From positions 183 to 64,182 of the forward strand of contig JANWIO010000052.1 of NCBI GenBank assembly GCA_025449835.1: a DNA stretch of 64,000 bases, read 5' to 3'. The DNA comes from Vampirovibrionales bacterium. GTDB lineage: Bacteria; Cyanobacteriota; Vampirovibrionia; Vampirovibrionales; JAGQHJ01. Below the pieces are notes generated by a model. It ran no database searches. It was given only the letters and a program-made list of their open reading frames with translations, and was not told where the DNA came from. This document shows positions 49,515-59,710 of the stretch, in pieces. The position numbers were made by a program, and so were the translations under genes. The first letter of the stretch is position 1. Every line of letters begins with the position of its first letter.

Positions 49515-50585
49515 ATGTCTCATTCCAATTCTTCCCCCCGGCTTGTTCAAGCTTGTCATAAAATCCCCTTGGATCGTCCTCCTATCTGGATGATGCGCCA
49601 AGCTGGACGCTATTTACCAGAATACCAAGCTATTCGAGACAAAGTAGCCTTTCTTGGTCTCTGTAAAAATCCGGAGCTCGCCGCAGAAGTCTCCCTTCAA
49701 CCCTTACGTCGGTTTGGCATGGATGGGGTAATTATGTTCTCTGATATTTTAATCCCCGTTGAAGCCATGGGCGTACCCCTTGAATTTACAGAAAAAGGCC
49801 CCCATTTGCCCCAAACAATCCAGAGCCAACACGATATTGAAAGATTGATTATCCCCGATCCGATTGAAAAAACAGGATTTGTGATGGAGACCCTAAGGCT
49901 TCTACAGCATGAACTCTCCACCTCACCGGAGGTTGCCTTGATTGGTTTTGCCGGCGCGCCCTGGACACTCGCCTCTTACATGCTGGAAGGGGGTGTCTCT
50001 CGTAACTTCACAGAAACAAAAGCCTTTTTATATAACGAACCTGCTTTAATGCACCAACTTTTGGAAAAAATTGCACAAACTGTGACGATCTATCTCCAAG
50101 CCCAAATGGAAGCCGGTGCCCAGGTGGTTCAACTATTCGACAGTTGGGCTGGAACCGTTAGTGAAGAAACTTACCAGGAATTTATTTTGCCCTATCAACA
50201 ACAGGTTATTTCTGGCTTAAAATCAACAACAGAGGTGCCTGTCATTCTGTATGTCAATGGTTCTAGAGGCTTATTACCCCTTCTGAAACAGTCTGGTGCA
50301 GATGTTATCAGTGTTGATTGGCAAACCTCCTTATCTCAAGCTCGGCAGATTTTAGGCTCTGACGTTGCGCTTCAAGGAAATCTAGATCCCAATGCCTTAT
50401 TTACACGCCCTGATGTTTTAAAACCCATAGTGGAAGCCATGCTGGTAGAAGGGGGCTCGCAAGGGTATATTTTCAACTTAGGACATGGGGTTTTACCCAA
50501 AACCCCCATTGAAAACGTTAAGCTTGTGGTGGATACCGTTCTGAATTCTGCCAAAGCTCAACGTCCCCTCACCCCACTTACCTAA
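49515..50585 (+). CDS. hemE: uroporphyrinogen decarboxylase
   Basis: PIWMMRQAGRYLPEY, FSDIL, GFAGAPWTLASY, NLGHG; start re-called at MSHS. Confidence 0.97.
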   Translation: MSHSNSSPRLVQACHKIPLDRPPIWMMRQAGRYLPEYQAIRDKVAFLGLCKNPELAAEVSLQPLRRFGMDGVIMFSDILIPVEAMGVPLEFTEKGPHLPQTIQSQHDIERLIIPDPIEKTGFVMETLRLLQHELSTSPEVALIGFAGAPWTLASYMLEGGVSRNFTETKAFLYNEPALMHQLLEKIAQTVTIYLQAQMEAGAQVVQLFDSWAGTVSEETYQEFILPYQQQVISGLKSTTEVPVILYVNGSRGLLPLLKQSGADVISVDWQTSLSQARQILGSDVALQGNLDPNALFTRPDVLKPIVEAMLVEGGSQGYIFNLGHGVLPKTPIENVKLVVDTVLNSAKAQRPLTPLT

Positions 50586-50596
50586 AGGTTATTCTG

Positions 50597-52033
50597 ATGC
50601 TAACCACACAACAATCGTATTCTGAAACCTACCTCTCTCAAGAATTATTGGAAAAATACAACACCCATGGCCCCCGCTATACCAGTTATCCCACAGCGCC
50701 TTTGTGGAGTGACTCTTTTGGTCCACTACAGTATCAAGAAGCCATTACCCTCACCAACCAAGAGACAGAAGCATTACTTCCCCTATCGCTGTATACACAT
50801 CTCCCGTTTTGCGAAAGTCGCTGCCTGTATTGTAGCTGTAATATCGTGATTACCCAGCAACGAAAACATTCCGAAACCTATCTGCAATATTTATTCAAAG
50901 AAATTGACCACGTTTCAAGGCAGATTGACCCTAAACGTGAAGTTGTCCAATTTCATTGGGGCGGCGGCACACCCACCTATTTATCATGTGAACAAATCGA
51001 ACGTTTATTTCAGTTTTATCAAGAGCGCTTTATCTTTTCACCCGATGCAGAAATTGCCATTGAAATTGATCCCCGGGTCACCACGTTTGAACAACTGGGT
51101 GCTCTAAGAGATTTAGGATTTAATCGGGTGAGCTTAGGGGTTCAAGACTTCGATCCTAAGGTTCAAGAAACCGTTCATCGGGTTCAACCCATTGACATGA
51201 CACAGGCCATGGTTGAAGAATGCAGACGTTTAGGCTTTGAAAGCGTTAACTTTGATTTAATCTACGGCTTGCCCTATCAAAGTGTGGACACCTTTGAAAA
51301 AACCTTAGAAGCCGTCATTCGGATTGCCCCCGATAGAATTGCCCTGTATAACTATGCGTATGTGCCGTGGATGAGCCCACATCAAAAACTGATGCCGGAA
51401 GAAGCCCTCCCCTCCGGCAACGAGAAATTCAAAATCTTCCGTCGGGCCATCCAAATGCTCACTGAGTCTGATTATCTTTACATCGGCATGGATCACTTCG
51501 CAAAACCCAATGATGAACTCTCTTTGGCATTGCAAGAAAAAAGGCTGCATCGTAATTTTATGGGATATACCGTTCAAAAAGTGGGTGAAACCGAAAAACC
51601 AGAGACTGATTTATATGCCTTCGGCGTCAGTGCCATCAGCGGGCTGCAACGCTATTACGCACAAAATCAAAAAAAGCTCACCACCTATTACAAAGCCATT
51701 GATGAAGGAACACTTCCGACATTAAGAGGCTATGCCCTTTCAGATGAGGATGAACTCCGGCGGAAAGTAATTTTAGCCATCCTTTGCCAAGGCGACATTG
51801 AATTTGACAGCTTTTCCAATGAATTTAAGATTGATTTTCAATCTCATTTTCAAGAGGCTCTCAAAGGCTTGGCAGGCCCTGTAAAAGATGGATTGGTGGT
51901 TCAAAATGCCAATGGCTTTTATCTTACCCCTTTAGGGCGTATTTTTAGCCGTAATATTGCCATGTTGTTTGATGCTTACCTCAAGCAACAAAAAGAACAA
52001 GGAAAAGACCGGCTCTTTTCCAAAACACTGTGA
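50597..52033 (+). CDS. hemN: oxygen-independent coproporphyrinogen III oxidase
   Basis: GPRYTSYPTA, PFCESRCLYCSC, GGGTP, IGMDHF, RNFMGY. Confidence 0.95.
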   Translation: MLTTQQSYSETYLSQELLEKYNTHGPRYTSYPTAPLWSDSFGPLQYQEAITLTNQETEALLPLSLYTHLPFCESRCLYCSCNIVITQQRKHSETYLQYLFKEIDHVSRQIDPKREVVQFHWGGGTPTYLSCEQIERLFQFYQERFIFSPDAEIAIEIDPRVTTFEQLGALRDLGFNRVSLGVQDFDPKVQETVHRVQPIDMTQAMVEECRRLGFESVNFDLIYGLPYQSVDTFEKTLEAVIRIAPDRIALYNYAYVPWMSPHQKLMPEEALPSGNEKFKIFRRAIQMLTESDYLYIGMDHFAKPNDELSLALQEKRLHRNFMGYTVQKVGETEKPETDLYAFGVSAISGLQRYYAQNQKKLTTYYKAIDEGTLPTLRGYALSDEDELRRKVILAILCQGDIEFDSFSNEFKIDFQSHFQEALKGLAGPVKDGLVVQNANGFYLTPLGRIFSRNIAMLFDAYLKQQKEQGKDRLFSKTL

Positions 52034-52042
52034 GGCATTTCA

Positions 52043-53056
52043 ATGAGTACTGGTGAAAAAACAGGGGTGATTCTCCTCAACCTGGGTGGGCCTGATAACT
52101 TGAAGGCTGTTAAACCCTTTCTGTATAATCTCTTTTCAGATCCCGATATTTTTGACGTGATGAGTTTTCCCTGCCCTGAATTTATTCAAAAGCCCCTGGC
52201 CTGGCTAATTAGTACATTTAGAAACGGCATGGCCGTGGATGCTTACCGAAGGATGGGAGGACGCTCTCCGATCCTCCCGTTAACGCAGGATCAAGCAAAC
52301 GCCTTAAAAACCCAGCTTGCCTCTCGTGGCATAGATGTTCCGGTCTATATCGGCATGCGCTATTGGCATCCCTTTGTTCAGGACACCGTGGATCTAATTA
52401 TCCGCGACGGGATTGAAAACCTCATCGTGTTACCCCTTTACCCACAATATTCCCTCACCACAACGGGGTCCAGCATCAAAGAGCTTGAGAAATGCCTTCA
52501 AGAAAGAAAATATCCAGGCTCACTTTCAGTGATTCACCATTATCATGATCACCCTGATTATCAGGCAGCTTTGGCCGCGATGATTCAATCTGGATTGGCA
52601 AAAAACACCTGGTCTTGCCCTGTGGAAGAGGTGCTGATTTTGTTTAGTGCCCACAGCTTGCCGCAAAAATTTGTGGAAAAGACCCAGGACATTTATCCAC
52701 AACACATTTTAGAAACCGCTCAAAAACTCATGACCGAACATTTCCCCCAGAATCCATGGAGACTCTGCTATCAAAGTAAAATCGGAAAGATTCCCTGGTT
52801 AAGACCCTATACAGATGAGATCATTCGAGAATTTGCCCGAACCGGCACCGATAATGTCTTGATTATTCCCATTAGCTTTGTGTCTGATCACATTGAAACC
52901 TTGTATGAAATTGATCTCCTTTACCTGCCCCTGGCGCAAGAATTAAACCTTAACCATTGTTACCGGGCTGAATCCTTAAACAGTAACCCTCTCTTTATCC
53001 AGGCTTTGGCGGGGTTGGTCGAAGAAAAGCTTAAAGTTCCCCAAGGGGTGCGCTGA
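52043..53056 (+). CDS. hemH: ferrochelatase
   Basis: LLNLGGP, GMRYWHP, PLYPQYS, FSAHSLP, SFVSDHIETLYEID. Confidence 0.96.
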   Translation: MSTGEKTGVILLNLGGPDNLKAVKPFLYNLFSDPDIFDVMSFPCPEFIQKPLAWLISTFRNGMAVDAYRRMGGRSPILPLTQDQANALKTQLASRGIDVPVYIGMRYWHPFVQDTVDLIIRDGIENLIVLPLYPQYSLTTTGSSIKELEKCLQERKYPGSLSVIHHYHDHPDYQAALAAMIQSGLAKNTWSCPVEEVLILFSAHSLPQKFVEKTQDIYPQHILETAQKLMTEHFPQNPWRLCYQSKIGKIPWLRPYTDEIIREFARTGTDNVLIIPISFVSDHIETLYEIDLLYLPLAQELNLNHCYRAESLNSNPLFIQALAGLVEEKLKVPQGVR

Positions 53057-54453
53057 TGGATTACGATGCGGTGATTGTGGGTGCCGGGCTGTGTGGGCTC
53101 ACAGCAGCTTATCGGCTTTTACAGGAAAACCCTCACTACAAAATCGCAGTCATTGAGTCCCAAAATCGAGTTGGTGGGGTTATTTCCTCCATAAACATAG
53201 ACGGCTATCGAATTGAATCAGGCCCCAATACTTTTGTCAGCACGGGGAAAAGCATCATGGCCCTTTGTAATGAACTGGATCTTATTCCGGTTCCGGCTTC
53301 TCCTCTCGCCAAAAATCGCTATATTCTTCATCGACACAAGCTGCACTCACTGCCCTCAAGCCCCTTGCGTTTTATCAAATCCGGACTGCTTTCGCCCCAA
53401 GCCAAACTCAAACTTCTTTTAGAGCCCTTTCAATCTCCAAATTCAACAAAAAATGAGGAGTCCATTGCCGATTTTGCCCGGCGGCGTTTGGGGACCGAAG
53501 TTTTAGAAAAAATGCTGGGACCCTTTTTATCGGGTGTTTATGCAGGCGATCCAGAACAATTAAGCTTACAGGCAGTATTTCCAAAGTTAGCTCAATGGGA
53601 AAAAGAATCTGGTAGCCTCTTAAAAGGGATTTTACAGTCTCGAAAAGAGGAAAAAAAGCAATCTGGCAATCATCGCAAACCCTACCAGCTTTTAAGCTTT
53701 GAAACCGGTATGGGAAGCCTTCCAGAAACGCTTGCCCACAGCCTTCCAGAAAATGTCATTCAGTTAAACACCTCGGTCGAATCAGTCCACCACACCGGCT
53801 CCCAATTCCAACTGGTTTTGTCGTCGGAAACAAACATTTCCACCCAAGCCTTGATCCTCGCCACCCCGGCCTTTGCGTCTGCCCGACTCCTAGCATCCAT
53901 AACGCCTGAAGTCGCACAGCTTTTAAATAAAATTGAATATGTTCCCCTGACGGTAACGCATTTTGGGTTTCCCAAAAATGCTATTTCACACCCCTTGGAC
54001 GGTTTTGGGTTTCTCATTCCCAGATCTGAACACGTGCCCTTACTTGGCTGCATTTGGGCCAGTACCCTTTTCCAAAACCGAGCTCCTGAAGGGCATGTCT
54101 TACTTTCCTGCTATACAGGGGGTGCGTTAGATCTTGATCTTATGAATCGCTCTGACGAAAACTGTATCCAACAATCGCTCCAAGACCTTCAAACGATCTT
54201 TAAATCGCCCCAGCTATCACCGACTTTCTGCAAACACATCCGGTACCGTTCTGCGATTCCCCAATACTCATTGGGACACCTTGAGCGAATTCAGCACATC
54301 ACTGAAGCATTAAGCAATACCGCCGGCTTGTTTCTCGCAGGAAATTACTTAACCGGCGTTTCTGTGGATAATTGTGTTGAGGTTGGAAACAAAGCCGCCC
54401 ACGCGGTGATTCAGCATCTTGACCAAGCCCCTGCCTTTTGTCTTAAAGTATAG
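53056..54453 (+). CDS. hemY: FAD-dependent protoporphyrinogen oxidase (HemY type)
   Basis: GAGLCGL, ESGPNTF, SGVYAGDP, GFGFL, AIPQY, GNY. Confidence 0.92.
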   Translation: MDYDAVIVGAGLCGLTAAYRLLQENPHYKIAVIESQNRVGGVISSINIDGYRIESGPNTFVSTGKSIMALCNELDLIPVPASPLAKNRYILHRHKLHSLPSSPLRFIKSGLLSPQAKLKLLLEPFQSPNSTKNEESIADFARRRLGTEVLEKMLGPFLSGVYAGDPEQLSLQAVFPKLAQWEKESGSLLKGILQSRKEEKKQSGNHRKPYQLLSFETGMGSLPETLAHSLPENVIQLNTSVESVHHTGSQFQLVLSSETNISTQALILATPAFASARLLASITPEVAQLLNKIEYVPLTVTHFGFPKNAISHPLDGFGFLIPRSEHVPLLGCIWASTLFQNRAPEGHVLLSCYTGGALDLDLMNRSDENCIQQSLQDLQTIFKSPQLSPTFCKHIRYRSAIPQYSLGHLERIQHITEALSNTAGLFLAGNYLTGVSVDNCVEVGNKAAHAVIQHLDQAPAFCLKV

Positions 54454-54480
54454 TCGTGTAAATGATTGAAGGTTATTGAT

Positions 54481-54771
54481 ATGGCAAACGAAGCACTTGT
54501 AGAAAAGCTCAAAGAAGAATTAAATGCTGACCATGTGGATATTATTGACAATAGCTGGATGCATGCAGGCCATGCTGCTGTTGCCAATGGCCCAAAAGAA
54601 GGCACACACTTAAGCATTGTGATTGTTTCACCCAAATTTGAAGGGGTTTCCCTCCTCAATCGCCATCGAATGGTGCATGAGGTTTTGGAAGAGTCGTTTA
54701 AGCAGCATCTTCATGCCCTCGAACTCAAGGCATATACGCCAAGCGAATGGCAATCTAAAGTAACCGCTTAA
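54481..54771 (+). CDS. bolA: BolA family protein
   Basis: HAGH, THL.I.IVSPKFEG, RHRMV, LHALEL..YTP.EW. Confidence 0.9.
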   Translation: MANEALVEKLKEELNADHVDIIDNSWMHAGHAAVANGPKEGTHLSIVIVSPKFEGVSLLNRHRMVHEVLEESFKQHLHALELKAYTPSEWQSKVTA

Positions 54772-54777
54772 AAGCCA

Positions 54778-55353
54778 CTAGCTTGTTGGTTCGTTCCCCG
54801 GTTTCCATTTAATATTGCAGCCAATACTAGGCTTTTGATCGGCAGAAACGTTCCGACCTGACAAAACAGCATCCAAGGCTGCCCTTAAATCTTTTCCCGA
54901 CACCGGAACATCATTGCCGGGACGACTCTCATCTAACTGCCCCCGGTAGACCAATCGATGCGCTCCATCAAAAAGGAAAAAATCGGGTGTGCAGGCTGCT
55001 GTATACGCTTTTGCAATATTTTGAGTTTCATCGTAGCAAAACGGAAAGTTAAATCCCAACTCTTGAGCCATTTCCCGAAGGCGTTCCGGCTTGTCATCTG
55101 GATAGGATGCAGCATCATTGGCACTAATCGCAACGACTTCCACACCTTTATCCCGATAATCCTTGCCAATCTGGGCCAACTCATCCTGAATATGCTTTAC
55201 ATAGGGGCAATGGCGACAAATAAACATCACCAACAGGGGTTTTGATGCTCCAAAGGTTTTGAGGGAAATTCTTTTTCCACTAACCACATCGGGTAAATCA
55301 AATTCTGGGGCTTTTGTGCCGAGGGGCAACATGGTTGATGCTGTTAAAACCAT
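54778..55353 (-). CDS. thioredoxin-fold (AhpC/TSA-like) protein
   Basis: CRHCPYV, AACTPDFF, YRGQLD, SIGCNIKW. Confidence 0.9.
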   Translation of the reverse strand: MVLTASTMLPLGTKAPEFDLPDVVSGKRISLKTFGASKPLLVMFICRHCPYVKHIQDELAQIGKDYRDKGVEVVAISANDAASYPDDKPERLREMAQELGFNFPFCYDETQNIAKAYTAACTPDFFLFDGAHRLVYRGQLDESRPGNDVPVSGKDLRAALDAVLSGRNVSADQKPSIGCNIKWKPGNEPTS

Positions 55354-55463
55354 TTGTTTCTCTCCTTCTTTATTTAACCGTCTTTTGTATTGTGTAACGA
55401 AGGTGCAAGGAGATCTAGCCCCTCAATGGGGATTCTCAAAAATTTTCATCGTAAAATAAACCC

Positions 55464-56156
55464 ATGTCAATTGTGATTTTACGCAACATGGCGGGCAATT
55501 CCCTCGGCCATCTTACACAGGTCCTTCAGGATCATGGGCTAACCTATGAATATTGGGACGCTTATGACCTGGAAGCCAATGAGTTTCAGCTTTCTCCAGA
55601 GATTAAAGGGTTTATCATCCTGGGCGGCATTATGAATGTGGATGAAACCCAGCAATTTCCCTTTTTACAAAGAGAGCGCAACTTAATCCAATCTGCCATT
55701 TCCCAAGAATTACCGATTTTTGGCATTTGCTTAGGCGCCCAGATGATTGCCCGCAGCTTGGGTGCTGTGGTTGAAAAGAATCCCATCAAAGAAGTGGGCT
55801 GGACGCCCATTGAACTCACGCCAGAAGGCCAAGTAGATCCGGTCATGTCAGCATTGGGAAGGTTAACCCCACAATTTCAATGGCACGAAGATACGTTTTA
55901 TTTACCAGAAGGAGCTGTTCTTCTGGCTTCCTCTGCTGCCTGCCCCCGACAAGCCTATCGTATTGGAGAAAATATTTACGGGGTTCAATTTCACCCTGAA
56001 GTAACCCAGGAAATCATTATGGGGTGGCTCAACACCTCCACCAGCATTACCACTGAACAAAGAAGACAAATTATTGCAGAAACCGAAGCAACCTATCAGC
56101 AACGTTGCCAAATCAGCCAGAAAATGTTCGATCAATTTTGTACCCTGGCATTTTAA
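55464..56156 (+). CDS. type 1 glutamine amidotransferase
   Basis: ILGG, GICLGAQ, QWHED, QFHPE. Confidence 0.9.
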   Translation: MSIVILRNMAGNSLGHLTQVLQDHGLTYEYWDAYDLEANEFQLSPEIKGFIILGGIMNVDETQQFPFLQRERNLIQSAISQELPIFGICLGAQMIARSLGAVVEKNPIKEVGWTPIELTPEGQVDPVMSALGRLTPQFQWHEDTFYLPEGAVLLASSAACPRQAYRIGENIYGVQFHPEVTQEIIMGWLNTSTSITTEQRRQIIAETEATYQQRCQISQKMFDQFCTLAF

Positions 56157-56173
56157 TGTTCAGCATTGCATTT

Positions 56174-56205
56174 AAAAAGCCGCCTTTGTTGAAAAGCGGC
56201 TTTTT
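56174..56205. terminator. bidirectional intrinsic terminator
   Basis: aaaaagccgc-N12-gcggcttttt between convergent genes. Confidence 0.85.
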
Positions 56206-56213
56206 GAGTTTCG

Positions 56214-57983
56214 TTACAGTGAACTCAGTGGCACTGAGAGTGGAATATTATTCTGTTGTTGGTGCACTGGATAACCAGATCCATGAGATGCTGATGGTGT
56301 AGAGGAATCATACCCCATCCCTTCTGGCATATCGTAAGGTATTAGCACCATATTCCCGTCATCATCACTCATCCAGACCCCATCTTTACCGGGAATACTT
56401 AAGTCTGCAATGGGTTCGTTAGACTCCCTACCGGACAGACCCACAGACATTCCATAGTTCCATTCTGGGCTATTTTTCATGCCTGTAATGGGTGCGCTAA
56501 TCACCGGATAAATAGATGCATACGTCACACCAGGACCTTTTGAAAAGGGAACAGAGATTTGTTCCAATTTATCAACCAAAGATGTTGGGCGTCCGGCCTC
56601 TTTTAAGCTCCGTAACCGACCAATCAAGTTGAGCCCTTTTGCTGAAGAAGCAGTATTTGTCGCTGCTGCACCACCTGAAGCAACCCGAGCAACAGCGGGC
56701 TGACGGCCTTCCATCACGAACTTCCGAGCAGCTGAAGCCGCATTTCGTAGGTTAGTCCGTGTTCCTTCAGTAAAGACTTGTTTGGGTAAATCATTTCTAA
56801 GAATATTCTTAGCATTTCGGATGAGTTTAAACCGACCTGGTGCTGCTAAACGACCTTGTAAGTCTGTATGGTAGGTTTGCGCCAAATTACCAGCTTCTTC
56901 TGTCAAATCTGTTTGACGTCTTGCGGCATCCTTCGCATCCGTAATGGCAGTTTTAAGCTCTTTCAAGGCATCTAATCCTTTTTGTCGGTCTTTCTCTTCC
57001 CTCGCTACATCAGCAGCTTCTTTTGCCTTACGGGCCATCTCAGCAGCCTTATCCATCTCTGCAGTAATCTCTTGTGACTTTTTGAGCAATTCAGCAGTTT
57101 TCTGGGTATCGGTTGCCCCTTGAATACCAAATTGCTTGCTGCCAAGGACATTGTGAATTTTTTCAGCATCTTCTGCCATGGCATCCAACCGAGAAACCGC
57201 TTCTCCTATCTTCTCAGCATTGTTCACACTTTTTAAGTTATTCACAGCACTGCCAGCAGCAGCTCCCGATGTTTCAACAGCCTGGGCTGTCTCAGCCACT
57301 TGGCCAATTTTTGCAACTCGGGCCGCACTCGCAGCACTCCAAGCTGGGGCAATGGCCACTGCCGCTAAGGCTGTTTCTGTAAAAGATTCCCCAACTTTTG
57401 CCATTTCTTGCTCAAACAAGGCCGTGTTTCCGTTTGTTAGATGTTTCCCCGCTGTATAAGAGTGTTTGGCCAGGTTAAATCCACCCATGGCAAGACCTGC
57501 CCCTGCAAGAACGACACCGGCTCCTGGGATAAACACGCAAGCGGCAACCGCTGCTGACCCAAGAGCAACTGTTTTAGCTGTTTTCCATAAGCTAAAGTTC
57601 CCTTTGTCATCGCAAAAACAACCTTTTACAAAGTTTTTCGCAAATCCAACGGTGGCCCCTTTTGCTGCATTCCAAGCCCCTCTGCCGATACTGCATGTAT
57701 AATCCCAAAAACTTTTATGCTTCTTTTTTTGACGTTTTACGTTAAGAGTGGGCTGATCCAACATTAAACCCGTGGGATCCCAACTGGCCTTGTTATTTTG
57801 ATCTGCAAGCTCAGAAATCGCCTGATTAAGCGGCGATTGACTTTTAGTCTCATGTTGGGCATGTTGCTGCGGCACAGGCTGAGATGTTACCGGGTGTGCC
57901 GGCTGAGTCGCAGTATGTTGATTCACAGTAGGTCTGTATGCTGTTGCACCAACATTGTCATTATTTCTATTGATCGAAACCAT
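56214..57983 (-). CDS. hypothetical Ala-rich protein with hydrophobic hairpin and coiled coil
   Basis: 589-aa ORF, GGGGG RBS; VALGSAAVAACVFIPGAGVVLAGAGLAMGG hairpin; A/E/K-rich helical middle. Confidence 0.75.
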   Translation of the reverse strand: MVSINRNNDNVGATAYRPTVNQHTATQPAHPVTSQPVPQQHAQHETKSQSPLNQAISELADQNNKASWDPTGLMLDQPTLNVKRQKKKHKSFWDYTCSIGRGAWNAAKGATVGFAKNFVKGCFCDDKGNFSLWKTAKTVALGSAAVAACVFIPGAGVVLAGAGLAMGGFNLAKHSYTAGKHLTNGNTALFEQEMAKVGESFTETALAAVAIAPAWSAASAARVAKIGQVAETAQAVETSGAAAGSAVNNLKSVNNAEKIGEAVSRLDAMAEDAEKIHNVLGSKQFGIQGATDTQKTAELLKKSQEITAEMDKAAEMARKAKEAADVAREEKDRQKGLDALKELKTAITDAKDAARRQTDLTEEAGNLAQTYHTDLQGRLAAPGRFKLIRNAKNILRNDLPKQVFTEGTRTNLRNAASAARKFVMEGRQPAVARVASGGAAATNTASSAKGLNLIGRLRSLKEAGRPTSLVDKLEQISVPFSKGPGVTYASIYPVISAPITGMKNSPEWNYGMSVGLSGRESNEPIADLSIPGKDGVWMSDDDGNMVLIPYDMPEGMGYDSSTPSASHGSGYPVHQQQNNIPLSVPLSSL

Positions 57984-58400
57984 TGAATCGCCCCCCTTAT
58001 GGCATTCTTTGTCAATAAATCTTCAAATCTTTTTATCTCCTAAAACAACTCTTCAAGAAAAATGGAGCAGAGCGCCTTAGAAAGTGTCATAAGGCACCCT
58101 GCTATCAATAATGGGAGGCGTTAGAAGGCGCCCACCAATTTATCCTTTCTCATCATGACAAATCGTTTCATCATTTTTGATTACCCCCTCGCTACTATCC
58201 TTTATTTATCGCTTTGCTTTACAATTTGATGATTTTAATTTTTTATTAATGTTTTCCCCATTTATATAAAAACCTTTACCATAGAGATGTTGCCGATTTG
58301 TAAACAATGCAACAAAAGCTGTTTTTATTAATTTAAAATATAAATATCTTGCCCCACCAAAGAACCGATTTCTCAAGAAACAGAAACATCCTCCGAAGAC

Positions 58401-59081
58401 ATGATGAGGGATTGGACAAAACCCAACACACTAAAGTTAAGACAGCTCAATCAAGTACTATTAGAAGAGAATCACCGAATGTTTAACAAAACCTGGGCCG
58501 AAGAAGAACACCCCGAAGAAGAAATCGCAGAACGTCCTGATTTATGCCATAAATGCGGCCGGTGTTGCCGCTCAGCAACCACAGCCTATACCCATGAAGA
58601 AATTGAACAGATGTTTGCTGAAGGTAAACAGGAGGCCGTCGAATTTCTTTCAATCTTTGAACCCTTTCCATCGCTGGAAGAGGCTAAAAAGGTGGTACCA
58701 GAACAAGTTGAACAGGTTTTAGAAGTTTTATCCCACAAAGAAGGTTTTGACCCGGACAAAGTGACTTTTTATCATTGCCGTTACGTCACTGAAGAAGGGC
58801 TTTGTGGCATTTATGAACGTCGCCCCCGGTGTTGTATAGATGCGCCCTACAATGGTTGGGCTGTCATGCCTCCTGGATGTGGTTTTGAAGGCTGGCAATT
58901 TTTACAACGCGAAAAACAACGATCCGATATCCGCAAGCTCAAAGAAGTCCAATTCCAAATGGAAATCCTCTCACCTGACGGCGTCCACGTTCCGAGTGGC
59001 CAAATGACCCTGGAGGATGTCCGTAACTCCGTGAGTGAAACCATTAAACCTTGGCTCGGTTTTGGAGCCGAACACTGGTAA
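58401..59081 (+). CDS. YkgJ family cysteine-cluster protein
   Basis: CHKCGRCC, C.Y.....LCGIYERRP.CC, PPGCGF. Confidence 0.85.
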   Translation: MMRDWTKPNTLKLRQLNQVLLEENHRMFNKTWAEEEHPEEEIAERPDLCHKCGRCCRSATTAYTHEEIEQMFAEGKQEAVEFLSIFEPFPSLEEAKKVVPEQVEQVLEVLSHKEGFDPDKVTFYHCRYVTEEGLCGIYERRPRCCIDAPYNGWAVMPPGCGFEGWQFLQREKQRSDIRKLKEVQFQMEILSPDGVHVPSGQMTLEDVRNSVSETIKPWLGFGAEHW

Positions 59082-59113
59082 ACACAGCCCTTTAAAATAC
59101 GAAAGCCCTCATC

Positions 59114-59695
59114 ATGACTGATTTTGAACAACAAGAAATTGATGCCCTGAAAGCGGCCGATGATTTTACAAGCTTGGGACAAAAAATTCATCAACTGATG
59201 AGGCTCCCCCAGTCTCATTGCAAGCAGCGCGGAAACTGCTGCCGGGTGGCAACCTTTAAAGGTACGCTGTCTTACTCTGAATTGGTGGCACTGGCTGAGT
59301 CTGATGATGAGGATGCCACCAATGCACGAGAGTTTTTAACGCTTTTTGAACCCTATCAAAGCGTCGAAGCCGTCCAAGAAGTTGCACCCTTGTTTGTGGA
59401 ACGGGTTTTTGAAGCTGTTGAACAGCCTGAGAAAGTGACTTTTTTTAAATGCCGTTTTGTCGCAGAAGATGGACGATGTCAAATTCATGAAGATCGCCCA
59501 ACTGGTTGCAGAGTTTACCCATTTCCCCATGCAAAAACAATTTACCACCCAGGGTGTGGATTTGAACAAAAAGGAACGGAGAATTGGAACAAAATACAAG
59601 ATATTAGCCAGTTTTTTGAAAAACGCTTCCAAGAGCTCAATTCGGAAGTTGAAACGTTGGAAAACAATAAAACGCCCCAAAATTCAGATCAATAA
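59114..59695 (+). CDS. YkgJ family cysteine-cluster protein (paralog)
   Basis: CKQRGNCC, C.F.....RCQIHEDRPTGCRVYP, HPGCGF. Confidence 0.85.
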   Translation: MTDFEQQEIDALKAADDFTSLGQKIHQLMRLPQSHCKQRGNCCRVATFKGTLSYSELVALAESDDEDATNAREFLTLFEPYQSVEAVQEVAPLFVERVFEAVEQPEKVTFFKCRFVAEDGRCQIHEDRPTGCRVYPFPHAKTIYHPGCGFEQKGTENWNKIQDISQFFEKRFQELNSEVETLENNKTPQNSDQ

Positions 59696-59710
59696 TGTTT
59701 TAGTGGCCCC

